A DNA stretch of 64,000 bases from Lytechinus pictus (GCF_037042905.1 NC_087252.1:10046001-10110000), one strand, 5' to 3'. Positions 38,035-52,200 are shown, counted from the first letter of the stretch. Notes: generated by a model from the sequence alone, not told the origin. Numbers and translations are program-made.

Positions 38035-38837
38035 AGCTTTCAATAGCAAATTGGTCAGATGATGAAGTAGGGTGTATTTTCTCCTTGTACAAATGTACTT
38101 GCATCTCATTCTACCACTAGCAAACTAAATGTTTTGGTGTGTATCAGATAGTATGTGCACATGCATGCACAACACATATCTTAAACATAATAAAACTGGC
38201 AAAATAAATTATAACTCTGGGCAGTTAACTGAGGTGTAATCATGTAATTACATGTATGCATTTTATTGAATGTTCTATATATTGTCTGTCTACGGTGTGC
38301 TTTTGAGCATTCAATACCACAAATTTGCAATATGATCTATTAGGGTGTTGCAGGAGACTCACAATCGATTGTATGTCAATTTTAGGTTGTAATGTCAATT
38401 ATTCATAAATCTTTTACTAATTGTAGGTTTGCGATTGATTGACTGTTGGCCTGCTTCTTGTGTTGACGGAAATTAATGGACTCGCCTTGGTTGAGGTTTA
38501 TCTGCCACTTTTGAATTTTAAATCTGAATTTGGCATCTGGTTGTAGATACTTTCTTGCAACACCCCCCCCCCCCCCCGCACATATATCAAAGTGCATTTG
38601 TGTAACTTGTAGTGTACCCTTGACAGGGATTTGAATTACCTCAGTATGTTTAACCTTTAATAGATTCCATCATTTACATGTATTATTTTTCAGGCATTAT
38701 GCTTCTGCGGTTCCTGGCATGTATGCGTCGTGGGGCGGAGTCCAAGTGCGGGTGGGCTCGGCCGCTTGAAGTGCTGCGTTTTGCTGTCTCGCTGGGCACT
38801 GTCTTGATCGGTTCGGCGTCGCCCTCTCGTCCGGCTT

Positions 38838-39883
38838 GCGCGTTTCCGTTTTACACCCTGGCGAAGGCATTTTCCGGAAAAATAGCCACAAAGCGACTAG
38901 TGAAGAGTCTACGTCTACGTTTGTTTACATAATCAGCTGGGCGCGCGATCCAAAAGTCCGCACCGAAGATATCCGCAGAACATACGTGCAAATGCAGCTG
39001 AGTTTATAGACCAAAAGCTTCAGTCTCTGTATTTTGGTTGTTCCGCTGAACTATATAAGTTGGCTTCATGATTTTTTTTTTTTACTTTATCGCACATGAT
39101 CGTTTATATGAATGAAAACGAATAATAGCTAAAATATTGAAAAATAAAACACATAATTACTTTTTTTCATATTATATCTATCCTTATATCTATCATATCT
39201 GTCTATCCACTATCTATGTTATAAATCAATCTATGGAACTACATGATATATCTATCTGTTAATTTGTCTATCTACTCTGTCTCTCTCATTCTCTATCTAC
39301 CTATCTATCTGTCTATCTATTTATCCATCTAACATCTATCTCTCAAATTCTCTATCTATCCATCTGTCTCTCTTTTATTTCTCTCTATCCATCTATTAAT
39401 CTACTCGTGCAATATCAACACTGCTTCGACTTCCTTCTGGAGTCTATTTCCTCAGCTCGACTTTTCCCTTTTTGTGCTCGATTCGATTGAATTACTACTT
39501 TATTTACTTGTTACCATTGTTAAATGTTTTGTATTGCATAACGAGTTTTTTTCTGAAGGTTGCCTCCTATTCTCTTTCAAATTCCACCTCTTGCTTTCCC
39601 TTCTCTTTGTCTTATCCCAATTTCTTTCCCTTCTCTCACCTCTTTCCTCTTCTCTCTCCTCTTTCTTCTTAATCTTTCATTCCGCTTGTTTCTTCTTTGG
39701 TGACACTTTGTAGTACTTTTGGCCTTTTGTATTTATTTATGATACATTTCTTTTTCATTTGTATGAATTTGTATTGTATTTGATATTTATTTATAATGTT
39801 TACTTTATATTTTGTATGTAAACATTCACTTATTTCAGTCTTTGACTGCTTGTGATTTTATTTTGATAGTTTTTATTGCAATA

Positions 39884-39929
<46 letters not shown>

Positions 39930-40132
39930 CCTCTCTCTCTCAAATTCTCTCATCTATCCATCTGTCTGTCTTTTTCTCTCTCTGTTTCTCTCTATCCGTC
40001 TATCTATCTCTCGAATTCTCTCTATCCATCTGTCTGTCTGTCTCTCAAATTATCTCTCTCTCTATCTATCTATCAATCTGTCTGTCTATTTCTCTCTATC
40101 CGTCTATATATCTATCTTTCAAATTATATCTA

Positions 40133-40167
<35 letters not shown>

Positions 40168-40341
40168 GTAACGACAGTATCTATCTATCTGTTAATCTTC
40201 TCTGTCTTTCTCATTCTTTATCTATCTATCTAACATCTATCTATCTCTCAGATTCTCTATCTCTCTCCTTCTCTCTCTCTCTCTATCTATCCATCTGTCT
40301 GTCTTTTTTTCTCTCTCTCTATTTCCCTTTATCCGTCCATA

Positions 40342-40392
<51 letters not shown>

Positions 40393-40972
40393 AACATCTC
40401 TCCATCTCTCAAGTTCTCTCCCCCATCTATCTATTAATTTATCTATCTCTCAAATTCTATCTCTATCTATCTATGTAACTACAGTATCTATATATCTGTT
40501 AATCTTCTCTGTCTCTCTCATTCTTTATCTATCTATCTAACATCTATCTATCTCTCAGATTCTCTATCTCTCTCTCTCTCTCTCTCTATCTATCCATCTG
40601 TCTGTCTTTTTTTCTCTCTCTCTATTTCTCTTTATCCGTCCATATATATATCTATCTATCTATCTATCTATAACATCTCTCCATCTCTCAAGTTCTCTCC
40701 CCCATCTATCTATTAATTTATCTATCTCTCAAATTCTATCTCTATCTATCTATGTAACTACAGTATCTATCTATCTGTTAATCTTCTCTGTCTCTCTCAT
40801 TCTTTATCTATCTATCTAACATATATCTATCTCTCAGATTCTCTATCTCTCTCTCTCTCTCTCTATCTATCCATCTGTCTGTCTTTTTTTCTCTCTCTCT
40901 ATTTCTCTTTATCCGTCCATATATCTATCTATCTATCTATAACATCTCTCCATCTCTCAAGTTCTCTCCCCC

Positions 40973-41003
<31 letters not shown>

Positions 41004-41031
41004 CATCTCTCTGTCTTTCTCTCTCTCTACT

Positions 41032-41077
<46 letters not shown>

Positions 41078-41105
41078 CATCTCTCTGTCTTTCTCTCTCT
41101 CTACT

Positions 41106-41150
<45 letters not shown>

Positions 41151-41193
41151 ATATCCATCTCTCTGTCTTACTCTCTCTCTCTCTCTCTCTACT

Positions 41194-41234
<41 letters not shown>

Positions 41235-41243
41235 ATATCTGTA

Positions 41244-41290
<47 letters not shown>

Positions 41291-41689
41291 GTCTCTATCA
41301 ATTTATCAGTCTTCTGTATCTATCTTTCGGCATCTAAGTGTATCAATCCATCAAACTTCAATTTTCTTTCTATTATATGTATCTGTTTATTTTTATTTTG
41401 TATGTCATTCGATTCATTTAGTTAATAATTTTTATTTAGAAAAAAACTTTTTCATAACTTTTCATAAAAAAGTAACTGCAAAAGCATGTTCGGATTTCAC
41501 TCATATGACTGCTCTCTGTACATGAAGTGCCGAGGAACTCTATTCAGTAACTATGCAGATTGCATGCGGTGGTGTGGGACTCGCCTGTGTCGCACGCTGC
41601 AACCAGCGACGTGTGTAGACTCTTCACTAGTCGCTTTGTGGCTATTTTTGCGGAAAATGCCTTCGCCAGGGTGTAAAACGGAAACGCGC
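38838..41689. mobile_element. Mutator-like non-autonomous element with a (CTAT)n-rich core
   Basis: 75-bp TIRs at 38838-38912 and 41615-41689 with one mismatch. Flanks GTCCGGCTT / GTCCGGC(GGC)TT fit a 9-bp TSD. Confidence 0.8.
39170..41300 (+). repeat. (CTAT)n/(CT)n low-complexity tract with ~280-310-bp higher-order units
   Basis: The marker GTAAC(G/T)ACAGTATCTAT recurs at 40168, 40475 and 40754. Confidence 0.9.
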
Positions 41690-42649
41690 GTCCGGCGGCT
41701 TTGCAGGGTCCCCCGCGGCGATAATTCTTTTTCGGAGTCCCGATGCTTGCCGAGGGCTGTGGGCGATGTATACCTACGGTTGTCGGTGGGGTCTGGGGTC
41801 CGTCCTGGAGTGTGTCGTTGTTGGGGGTGCGGTGTTGGTCTTGTGGAGGCGGTGGTCGGGGTGGGCTGTTGGACGTGGTACTTTGCGGACCGGGCTTGCC
41901 TTAGCGCTCTGGTCTCCGTACCTGGCGCATCGGGGCCGTTAACCGCGGAGGAATGTATTGCCCCCTGGTTTAGATTATTGCACAGTACATTGTACGTATG
42001 GCTTGGTCCACCATACTTGATCATTACCACTTTTTATATATACTTTATGTAGATCTATTTGTATGCATGCACATTACTTATTGATTTACCAATTCATATA
42101 TGTTATTTATTATTTATTACAAAGTATAGGAAGTTACAATGTCATTTTATACCCCCTCTCTCTCTCTCACTTCCTTGCTCTCCTACCTCAGCCGCGCAGC
42201 TTTTAACTTTTTTACTACAGTATTACATAGGTGTTTTTATTGCTATATAACGGATGATTTATTGTCTCTATGTCTCCATCTAAGCATCCTCACATCAGGG
42301 TGCCCTTCATATTGACTTATGTTTGAGTGGATGTACGGTGTACTGTCTGAGCGTATGATTGACATATTTGTAGAGGAGTGTACATGGGTGGGGGGGGGGG
42401 TTGTGTGTAGAATGTGAGGAAATGTGCGTGGTTCTTTTGAACACTGGGTAGTTGTTGTATGGTGATTGCGGTCGCGACAGAATGGTACTCTGGTGTGGGG
42501 GTTGCTGGGTGGAGGTACAGTGCCAGTCGTACGTCCTCGGCACCTGTTTGCCTGTTTCGGTCAGAGAGCATTAGATAATCTATCGTTCTCTGGTAGGACG
42601 GGTACACGGGTGTTGAGATGTGTGACTGGTACTGTGCAAGTAGGTTGCA

Positions 42650-42930
42650 CAATTGCATTGTCCTATTTCTCTCTAACTTCTCTTCTTTTATTATCTTCTA
42701 TTTTTTCTCATCTATCCTCTATGATCTCATTCTCCCCCTTACCTTCTCTCTCTTTTCTTCTCGTACAATTGTGCAATACATATTTTAAAAGTTATGATTG
42801 TTTGTTTAATGTATTATTTATGTCATTGTTTATCGTATTCATGTCTGTAACTATGCCCGAAAGTGAATTTTGTGTATTTTTATACATGACAATAAATTAT
42901 CTTGAATCTCTTGAATCTTGAATCTTGAAA
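42650..42930 (+). mobile_element. LINE 3' end
   Basis: T-rich UTR and AATAAA followed by a (TCTTGAA)n tail. Confidence 0.55.
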
Positions 42931-43040
42931 TGAATTTTCAAGTTAAATAAAAATTTCAATATTCATTTTGATCGACTTATTGTTGGTTTTGGGGTGGTAG
43001 GTCACACACACAAATATATACATATTATTATTATACACAC

Positions 43041-43099
<59 letters not shown>

Positions 43100-43207
43100 T
43101 ACATATACATTCCTTTTTGTTATTTCTTGGAGTCTAGATAATCTCTTTTTGAGTATTGGGGAGGTTCAAAACCGTGACAAAGTCGTGAAAAAAGAAGGAA
43201 ACCAGAA

Positions 43208-43274
43208 ATGGATCCTCGGCTGACTGTTTGGTTCATGATCATCTGTGGTGGATGTATTTCATCCTCCATTTGCA
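43208..43274 (+). CDS. Coding exon 1, signal peptide [22 protein letters not shown]
   Basis: ATG at 43208, a hydrophobic core, and a GTAAGT donor at 43275 in phase 1, matching the next exon. Confidence 0.7.
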
Positions 43275-46200
43275 GTAAGTCACTTTGATTTTTTTTTTCG
43301 TTTAAAAAAATGCGCGAATAGTTATTGCCTGATCCTGATAAATGTGAAATCATATAGTTTACACTGTAATTTTTTATTTTTTAATTTATCCAGCCCGAGG
43401 GTAATTATGCGTTCAACCAATTTGGGGAACAATTTGCCGGAAACATAATTTATTGTACAGTAACGTTAAAAAATAGGCAGCAATTATTTTCGGAAGGGCA
43501 AAATTTTCATCACACTTGATAAATACAAATACCCGAAAGAAATGCCCAATGTTGGTTGGACACATAATTACCCTCTTGGAACATTTTTACCCAATATTTT
43601 TTTAGAGTGTAGATGAAATGTTATCGACTGGTCTGGTATCTTAATATTTTCTCAAAATTATATGATTCTCTTAAACAATTTTGCTAATTGTTATTATTCT
43701 ACGAATTTCACTCACGTGTAGTTGAGCGATCAATGGGATTTTTTTAAACACCTAAATTTGCAAAAAAATAAATTCATATGCAAATGACGAACAGTTTTGA
43801 TAATAACCATTCCGTCATTCTTTTAAAGTGATTTACTTTTGTAATAGATGTATATACTTTCCTTTGTCGATGATTTGTTTTGGCTGCCTGTTCTTAACAC
43901 TTATAGAAACGTCCCCCGCCTTCAATATTTACACACACACAAAGCACCCCCACACACCGATATATATTTTAAAAGGAGCGTAGCTCTCAAAAAATGAAAG
44001 GTAAAGGTCACACTCTTCGTCAGTGCCAATGATGCGACAAAAAAGACCATTCAAAATCATTTTTTAAACATTCATGAAAAACACGTCTGTTAACCTTTCA
44101 TTTTTTAGAGCAACGCTCCTTTTGAAACGTATGATTTGATATCCACGGCATTTGACTAAACCAATTATGATATTTTATATACAGTTCATATATAAATATA
44201 TGTGTGTGTGTGTGAGATAGGGTGAGGGTGTGTGTGTGTGTACGGCGTGTACAAATAAAACATTGGGACTCTCAAATTTTGTTTTGTTATATTCCAACAC
44301 AATATGCTACCACTTTATTTTACTCCATCAAATGCCTTTTTTTAATCATCATAAAATTCTTTGTTATACTCTATACAGTGCGTATCAAAAAAAAAGTTTA
44401 CACTTTGAAAAAGCTCTGGGAATTAAAAAATATGCAAATGTGGGTAATTTTTTCACATATATTTTTGGGTTTGGGTCTCATCTATCCAACAAAAGTAAAT
44501 TTTTTGACAGAATGTTACACTTGAGTGAGCACTGTCCATTTTTGTAAAGCTCGCAGAAATCTGTTTGCGCAGAAATGCTCGTTTTCACGCTGTGTCAAGG
44601 GGAAAGGGCGAAATCAAACTTACCCTGCGAAACATTTCTCATACATTCCCAGGCACTTTTAGTCAATTGAAAAAAAAACGGATACATTCAAGCATAATTA
44701 TTGTAACAGTTTTGCCACCCAAATTGAATATTCAACACTTAGTAAGCACAACCTTTACCCTTTTCGTGCCAGCTGGATCTGAGGACATAACTGAATCTGA
44801 ACAAAAGTTTTTCACATATAATCTTGGGTTTGGGTCTCATCTATCCAACAAAAGTAAAATTTTTGACAGAATGTTACACTTGAGTGAGCACTGTCCATTT
44901 TTGTAAAGCTCGCAGAAATCTGTTTGCGCAGAAATGCTCGTTTTCACGCTGTGTCAAGGGGAAAGGGCGAAATCAAACTTACCCTGCGAAACATTTCTCT
45001 CACATTCCCAGGCACTTTTAGTCAATTGAAAAAAAACGGATACATTCAAGCATAATTATTGTAACAGTTTTGCCACCCAAATTGAATATTCAACACTTAG
45101 TAAGCACAACCTTTACCCTTTTCGTGCCAGCTGGATCTGAGGACATAACTGAATCTGAACAAAAGTTTATATCAGATATATCAAGCATTTTTCCACTAAG
45201 TTTTTATCATATAAAGTGGGTTTACATTTCATTTTTCATTAAATACTTGTTTCTCTACACTTTTCTCAAGCTTGACAATGATTAACAAAATGAAAATCAA
45301 ACCTAAGCCATTTCATGTAAATCACAGCTCAGTGTAAAGCAAATATCGTCACGATGGCCTCGGTGTGTGGGGGAGTGAGTTGGGGCGCAGTGGCACTTTT
45401 CGGAGTGTTTTGAGCAAGGAAACTAATTTAAAAGGGTAAAAGATATCTTCAAATCAATTTTACTAGCTAATTTCCATGTGTTCTTCATGATTAAGGTCTA
45501 CTTTTATTCGCATAACTATTTCAAAATTCTGCGCAAATCATTTTCCACTAACTTTTCAAAAGTAAGTGGTGCTCACTCATGCAGAATTATTTTTGACAGT
45601 TATATCGCCATTTGCTTTTCTTCAGGATATTACAAATGTATAATTCTACAGGATTTTTTCTAAGTGTAACCTTTTTTTTGATACGCACTGTATAGAGAGA
45701 AATTTAATAGTTTTGATGTTATTACCCTTGTTTTAAGTTTTATCTGTTGGTGGCCTTACACACAATAGATAATAGAGGAAGTTCGAAATGCATAACTATA
45801 TATTCGGTTAATTTTAAAGCATAGTGATAACTTTTAAAGTCATTTCAACTATTATATTGGTATCTAAATGGCCAACTGAATGAAAACAACTACAATAATT
45901 GAGATATGCTGGGTGTTACAATTTTTACAACTACCGTGTACATATGTATGTACATGTCTGTGGGGTGTGGGTGTGTGTGTGACTCTTTTTTTTGTCATTG
46001 CAGCTGACAAGTTGTTCATGGCTGAAGCAGAACAGGCTGTGATTCTAATGGCAGAGGCGAAGGACTACAGTTTCGTCAATCAGTCTTTCACTGTACTTCC
46101 TTTGACCGGTCTGACGTTTCCCGTAGGTGTTGAATATGACCCGATAGGTGACCAGGTTTATTGGACTGATGCAATCTTGCATACTGTTAATAGGGCTGGA

Positions 46201-49200
46201 CTGGATGGATCTTCTCAAGAAATCATTGCACAGTTACAAGAAGTAACCGGTGGTTTTCATTGTAAGTCACCTAAGTTGATTACTAATTATTCTTACTTCA
46301 TACTGGTTTTGGATTAATTCCAGACTCCAGAAGATCTGAATAGCGTCCAATGAACGACAAATTTTTGAGCTTCTTTCTTCTCTACTTTTGTATTTTTTAT
46401 CATCTCGTTCTATTGCAGTCCAATTATATTTCCATAATTCCAAATATGATAGCTTTGTTATTAATACCTATAAATAGACCCCAGATATTAGATACATATG
46501 GCTCTCAAAGATGTTCAAGAAGATGCATTACCGAAGGAGCAAAGAGATTAGTTAAATATGCGATTCTCATGTATTTAGTCTGTATTTGATGTAATTCATT
46601 TGCTGTTTTGTTTTATCCGATTTTTTTTTTTTTTCAAATCGACTATTTTCATTTTTTTTTTTTTATATTAAATATGTTTTGGTTTGCTTGTTATTGTTGT
46701 TTATCATTATATATCGTTTAATATCATGTACATATATTTCAAATTTATTTCATTAACATTTAATGTATCAATATACTTGTAGTTATCATTTTTATCACTG
46801 ATTATTATTTATATCATCACTATTATTATCATCATCATCTTTATCATTATTATCATCATATTTTTACTTCCTTAATATTGTTGTTCGTTACGACAAACAT
46901 TTTTCATGTTATTTATTTGAGGGGGTTTCTCATGATTAAAGAGCAAAGTAAAATATCTTATCCCTGGAGCAACCCCCCCCCCCTCCTTGTGGCCAAGTTA
47001 TCCGCGGTTCTTATTTATTTATTTGTTTATTTATTTCTCGATTTGATCGGGTATCCCACTGTCGATTCTTCAAATCGACTAGTTCCACCTTTTCAACATG
47101 GCCTGTCTAACGTGCTAACTGTATCCGAAAATTTTTTTTAAAGCAGAACGATAACCATGGAGGTAAACTATCGCCACTTATGGAAAATATACTTACGATC
47201 AATCTGCTGAAAGTGATCTGACAAACACTATTTACATTTGCACGATTCGGCTAGATAATAATATCAATGATGATGATTATAATAATAATGATAATAATAA
47301 CAATAATAATAACAACAACAGGCATTTATATAGAGCCATCTATCAAGGAATAATCTACTCCGATGCATATTTTTATCATTATTAACCCACCTTTAGCTCG
47401 AGCTGCCTTTCAGCGATCAGTGCATTCAAGGAATTAATCCTGCCGGGTTCCCTCAATTGCATTGCCAGGGAGTGCAGCAGAATGCGAATAAGTTTCTTGC
47501 TTAAGGAAACACGCCATGGCCTACATGAGCCTTGGTATAAAGACTATTGTTTTTTTTACTGAATCGTTCTAGAATTTGTCTTCCTTTCGAAATTTACTTT
47601 TAAAATTGAAAATTTTGCTTTTACAGATCCGTACGGAATAGCCCTGAATCTTGACGATTATAAGGTCTACTGGACAGATCAATACCGTGACGTCATCGAG
47701 ATGTCAAACCTTGACGGCACAGATAGAGTGGTCCTCCTCACAACGGGCTTTAATGCGTACCCTCATGCAATCGTCTATTCACCATTTCGCAGGTATTGTA
47801 TATAAATGTCAGTCAAATTTACTATGTATTATGCATGTACGATAATAGCGTGTTTCTCGTTATTTGGTGAGCCTGGCACTGTATTTTTTTCTGATCGTAA
47901 TATTCATTCGTCTCGGGAGAAGGGAGATCCCAGTCCATAGGCATGGTTGTCTCTCGCCCTAACATTAACATGTTGGGTGTTTCACCGGTTGCATCCCCTG
48001 TGTTGATCGAATGTTGTACCAGACTGGTCTGCCCAAGGTCATTTTCACTTCGTGCAAACATATCTGCAAAATCCTGGAGCAATGCAGCCACTTATCCATG
48101 CTGGTGCTAAGGGAAATGCTGTGTACTTCGTTGATAGAAATCTTGTGGATGCTTAGGTACATAGTTCGACATCTGGCCAGAGTGAGGGACGCGGGCTTCC
48201 TCCATACATCTTGCATCAGCTGGAACCACAGCCGTGGCTACTAACAGGCCCTTCTTGCTCAAATCTGTCAAACTGGCAGGGGCTTCCAATAATGCGATCC
48301 CGCGGATGGTCTTGGAGTCCACGGCTCATCAGCAAAATTGTCTGCCCTCTTTGTACTTGCATGGGATGTACTGCCAATGTGTTCGAAGTTCCATCCCATG
48401 GCAGTCTAATTCAGCATGCATCTGAATTAACAGGTCAAGAACGATAGTACCCTCATTCTTCCATGTAGCCAGGGTCAGTTTAACCATGAAGACCAATCCT
48501 CCAATGTGCAGTTCCATCGCAGCTTTTCCCCTGGTGTCTAAAGGCGATCAATCAGCCTGATTCACCGTGTTAGTCATTTCCTCCAAGATTGGCTGTTTTT
48601 CCTTGTGGATCATGTTGAAGACATTGTCCGCAATAAAAATTGCGACGATCCAGTATCAATCAGGAATGTGACTTACTGTTTATTGACGCTAGGCTCAATG
48701 AAAATGCCTTGCCGTTTGACGTTTCCTGACGTACCAACTCGAACTTGTCCAGATCCTGGTTGGCCATCCTGTTTAGATGCTTGCTTTCCCTCCCTTCCTA
48801 AACTTCATCCATCTTATCTTGACTGGAATGTATGGGATCCACCTTTTTAGTATCTAGTAGATTATTTGGGCAGTCTTTTTTTAAATGTGCAGTTCCATGA
48901 GAACGATGACACCGTTTGGGGCGCGTCTCTCCATAACGGCAATTTCGGGCGAAATGTCCCTGTTGTCCACAGTTATAGCAAGCTTCCTCAGACTGTCATC
49001 TGTTCTGAAGCTGTGGTCCAGTGCTGCCTTCCTGTGATGCACCGGTTACATGTTTGGTCAGCAAATCCAACCGAGCTGTAAGATCAGCTAGCATCTTTTC
49101 CATCTTTCTGATGACTTCTGCTGTGTTGGGGCTAGCAGGGCTCTGTGGCTCCTGATTGCTTGTCAGTGTCCGACTGTGACTGTGATGGTGAGAATGTTTT

Positions 49201-52200
49201 AATGTGCTCCGTTCTGATTCCATCTTAAGAAATGCCTCTGTGTACAGAGCCGCCTATATGGCCTCATCCAGGATACGTGGTTAAGCTCGACACAGACCTT
49301 CTCGAACTGCCGGGGTCACTACTGAATCCATGATATGACTTCGAGCTAGTTAATCTTGACCATCTGGGCCAAACTCTTGATAGGCCAACCCCATCTCGGA
49401 TGCTTTTTCCCAAATTCTTTGAGTGACTCCTGTGGCCTCCTACGTCTCGCTTTTAGCTCTGCTAAAAATACGTCAGCCTTCCCTAAAGGACAAAGCGATG
49501 TTTAAGTCTGTTGACTAACTTCTGATAATAACAGTTCCATCTCACCATACTTCGCCACAAGTTTCAGCGCCGGTCCCCATAAACTAGCTGCTAGGAAATG
49601 TGATGCCTGCCTATCTGTCCAGTTGTTGATGACGGCATATGCCTCGAAATGTTCCAAGTAATAAAGAATTGGAGCCTTCCCGTCAAAGCGCTCTTGTAAC
49701 GTGCATGGCTTTGCGTTAATGTCATCTGTTGGCCCAGTGAAAAATGGTCGATTATTGAATCTACCATGGTGGTCGCCCATTCGACCAGGGACTTGATAGT
49801 GCACTGAGGCAGTCTTATCCCTCCTTGGAAACTTTCGGTACATTTCGGGCTCATTGACTCGAGGGCTCTGCCGAATTCCATCTACTGTGTGGTCAGACGT
49901 CGTAGGCAGGTTTTCAAACACTTTGTGAAAGTTTCCTGTTGGTGGCATGTGATAACTGCCTGGTGTTGCTGAGTCACCCACAACACTTTGCGCAATCTCT
50001 GCCTGAGGTGTGGTACTCCTTTTGATCAGTCTTCTTGGTTGAAAAGATGGCACTGATTCTCCCACTCCGTCATCCATAGCCGATGCCCTAATGCCAGTGG
50101 AAGGCATGCTATCAGTTCCTGTATCGCTTGAGTGTTTAAGGAGCTGAGTGCACTGCAGTGGGCGACGACGTGGCAATGGAGACCCCAGATGTCCGTTGTA
50201 AATCAGTGAGTTGTTCGTTGATTTCGGTAATATGGTCTTCCACTTGTTGGATAAGCTCTGCAGGTGTTAAATGATGAGCAGGATTCCCCTGTACTGATTC
50301 CATGTTCAACAGCTTTACTCAACTAATGATGCTCGTCAACCAGTCCTTCTCCATCGTTCTCCAACCAGTTTTGCTCCGATCAGTCCTTTCTCCAACCTGT
50401 TTTGCACCAACCAGTCCTTCTCCAACCAGTTCTGCACCGACCAGTCCTTCTTCAACCAGTTCTGCAAAGAACAGTCCTTCTCCAATCAGTTCTGCATTGA
50501 CCAGTCCTTCTCCCATCAGTTCTGCACCAACCAGTCCTTCTCCAAACAGTTTTGCACCGACCAGTCCTTCTCCAACCAGTTTTGCGTAGACCAGTCCTTC
50601 AACAACCAGTTCTGCACCAACCAGTCCTTCTCCAACCAGATCTGCACCGACCAGTCCTTCTCCAACCATTCCTGTACCAGCCAGTCCTTTTCCAACCAGT
50701 TCTGACCAATCAGTCCTTTTCCAACAAGTTTTGCACCAATCAGTCCTTTCTTCAACCAGTTCTGCACCGACCAGTCCTTCTCCAACCAGTTCTGCACCGA
50801 CCAGTCCTTCTCCAAACAGTTCTGCACCAACCAGTCATTCGCCAACCATTCCTGCACCAGCCAGTCCTTCTCCAACCAGTTCTGCACCAATCAGTCATTT
50901 CTCCAACCAGTTCTGCACCGACCAGTCCTTCTCCAGCCAGTTCTGTACCAGCCAGTCCTTCGCCATCCGGATCTGCACCAACCAGTCCTTCTCCAACCAG
51001 TTCTACACCAACCAGTCCTTCTCCAACCAGTTCTGCACTTCCAGTTTTTCTCCAACCAGCAGCAATCCCACTTCTGACACCACCTGTGACGGACTCGAAT
51101 CCAACTTCCAGCTGACACGGTTTTCTTGTAAGGATGCTATTGTGCCTGACTGTCAGTTGCGTTCGCTTGGTCAAAATATTTGACCGTTGTTGATGGTTTT
51201 TGGAAAAGACTGATAAATAACCATCACCAAACATCGACTCTGGTTTCCATTTCGATCATCCGTCGACTGCAATCGATCTTTTCTTTATCATACAATAATA
51301 TCCAACGTTTTAAGATAGGATTCTCATTATCCTTTCCCTACAGACAGTTAAAAGACGTCAAATTCTCTTTTATTTTTCTTGATACAGGAAGATTTACTGG
51401 ACTGACAGCGGGCAATACTCCAAGATTGAAATGGCCAATCCAGACGGGACAGAACGTGAGACACTCGTTGATGACGAAGTGGAGTATCCATTTGGCGACC
51501 CAACTGCCATCTGCCTGGATTCTACCGGTACATTAAAGGAGGGGTTCACCCTGAAAATAAGTTGATTAAAAAAAAATCAGATAACAATATGGTTGAAGGT
51601 TTTTAATGAGAGTCCTCAAAGAATAGCGGAGTCACGATATAAAAAAGGAAGAAAAAAATAATATGATTTTGTGTTGTGACAGACGAGCAGCTCCTCCATG
51701 TGTCATATCTACAAACTGGATTTCCTGAAAAAAACAAAAACAAACAAAAAAGGTGATTTTATCTGCGCAGTGGATATATCGTCAGATACATCATTTTATA
51801 CCCCCTTCTGTAAGAACAAATATGTTATTCATAATGTTCTAATAAACAATGCCTTTTATGGAATGTCTTTTTACTCGATATATAGGAAGCTTCTTGCAAA
51901 ATGACGTTAAAAATAATTAAAAAAGAATTGTCATGTATGTAAATCCCAAACTCTCTTATTCTGTGGAATTTCATCAAACCGTCACCAATATCTATTTCTA
52001 ATTTTGCTGTTTTCATTTCAAAGAAGTACTCAAGGTTAAAAGAATACAATTTAAACATAAAAGACAGACAAAGCACTGAAAAATTGATCGCAATAAGACA
52101 AAGAATAACAAAGTTATGACATTTTACAGATTTGCATTATTTCGGCAAAACAATTATATACGTATCTTCACGAATATTCAATGAGAAAACTAATGATATC

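Larger units (their letters stand above)
47890..51250 (-). mobile_element. Defective Gypsy/Ty3 LTR retrotransposon in intron 3
   Basis: gag [33 protein letters not shown], Zn knuckle [14 protein letters not shown] (~48938-48980), protease FLIDTGSS (~48645-48668), linker [17 protein letters not shown] fused to integrase-like [13 protein letters not shown], and a PBS next to an LTR end ...GTCACA. Confidence 0.92.

Noticed and set aside
43965..44180. Possible hammerhead in a short TA-associated repeat (GAGCGTAGCTC hairpin; CTGACGAAG on the minus strand; copy at ~17965-18060)
   Set aside because: CUGANGA and GAAA do not flank one stem on the same strand, and no stem I/III can be built.
50335..51060. 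CRISPR-like array (also considered for the 15-bp arrays and EGF exons)
   Set aside because: These are head-to-tail repeats without unique spacers, there are no cas genes, and the context is eukaryotic.
50302..51234. Mucin-like S/P/T ORFs as a host-gene exon
   Set aside because: They lie between the Gypsy PBS and gag and contain frameshifts and a stop. The flanking host exons join in frame without them.
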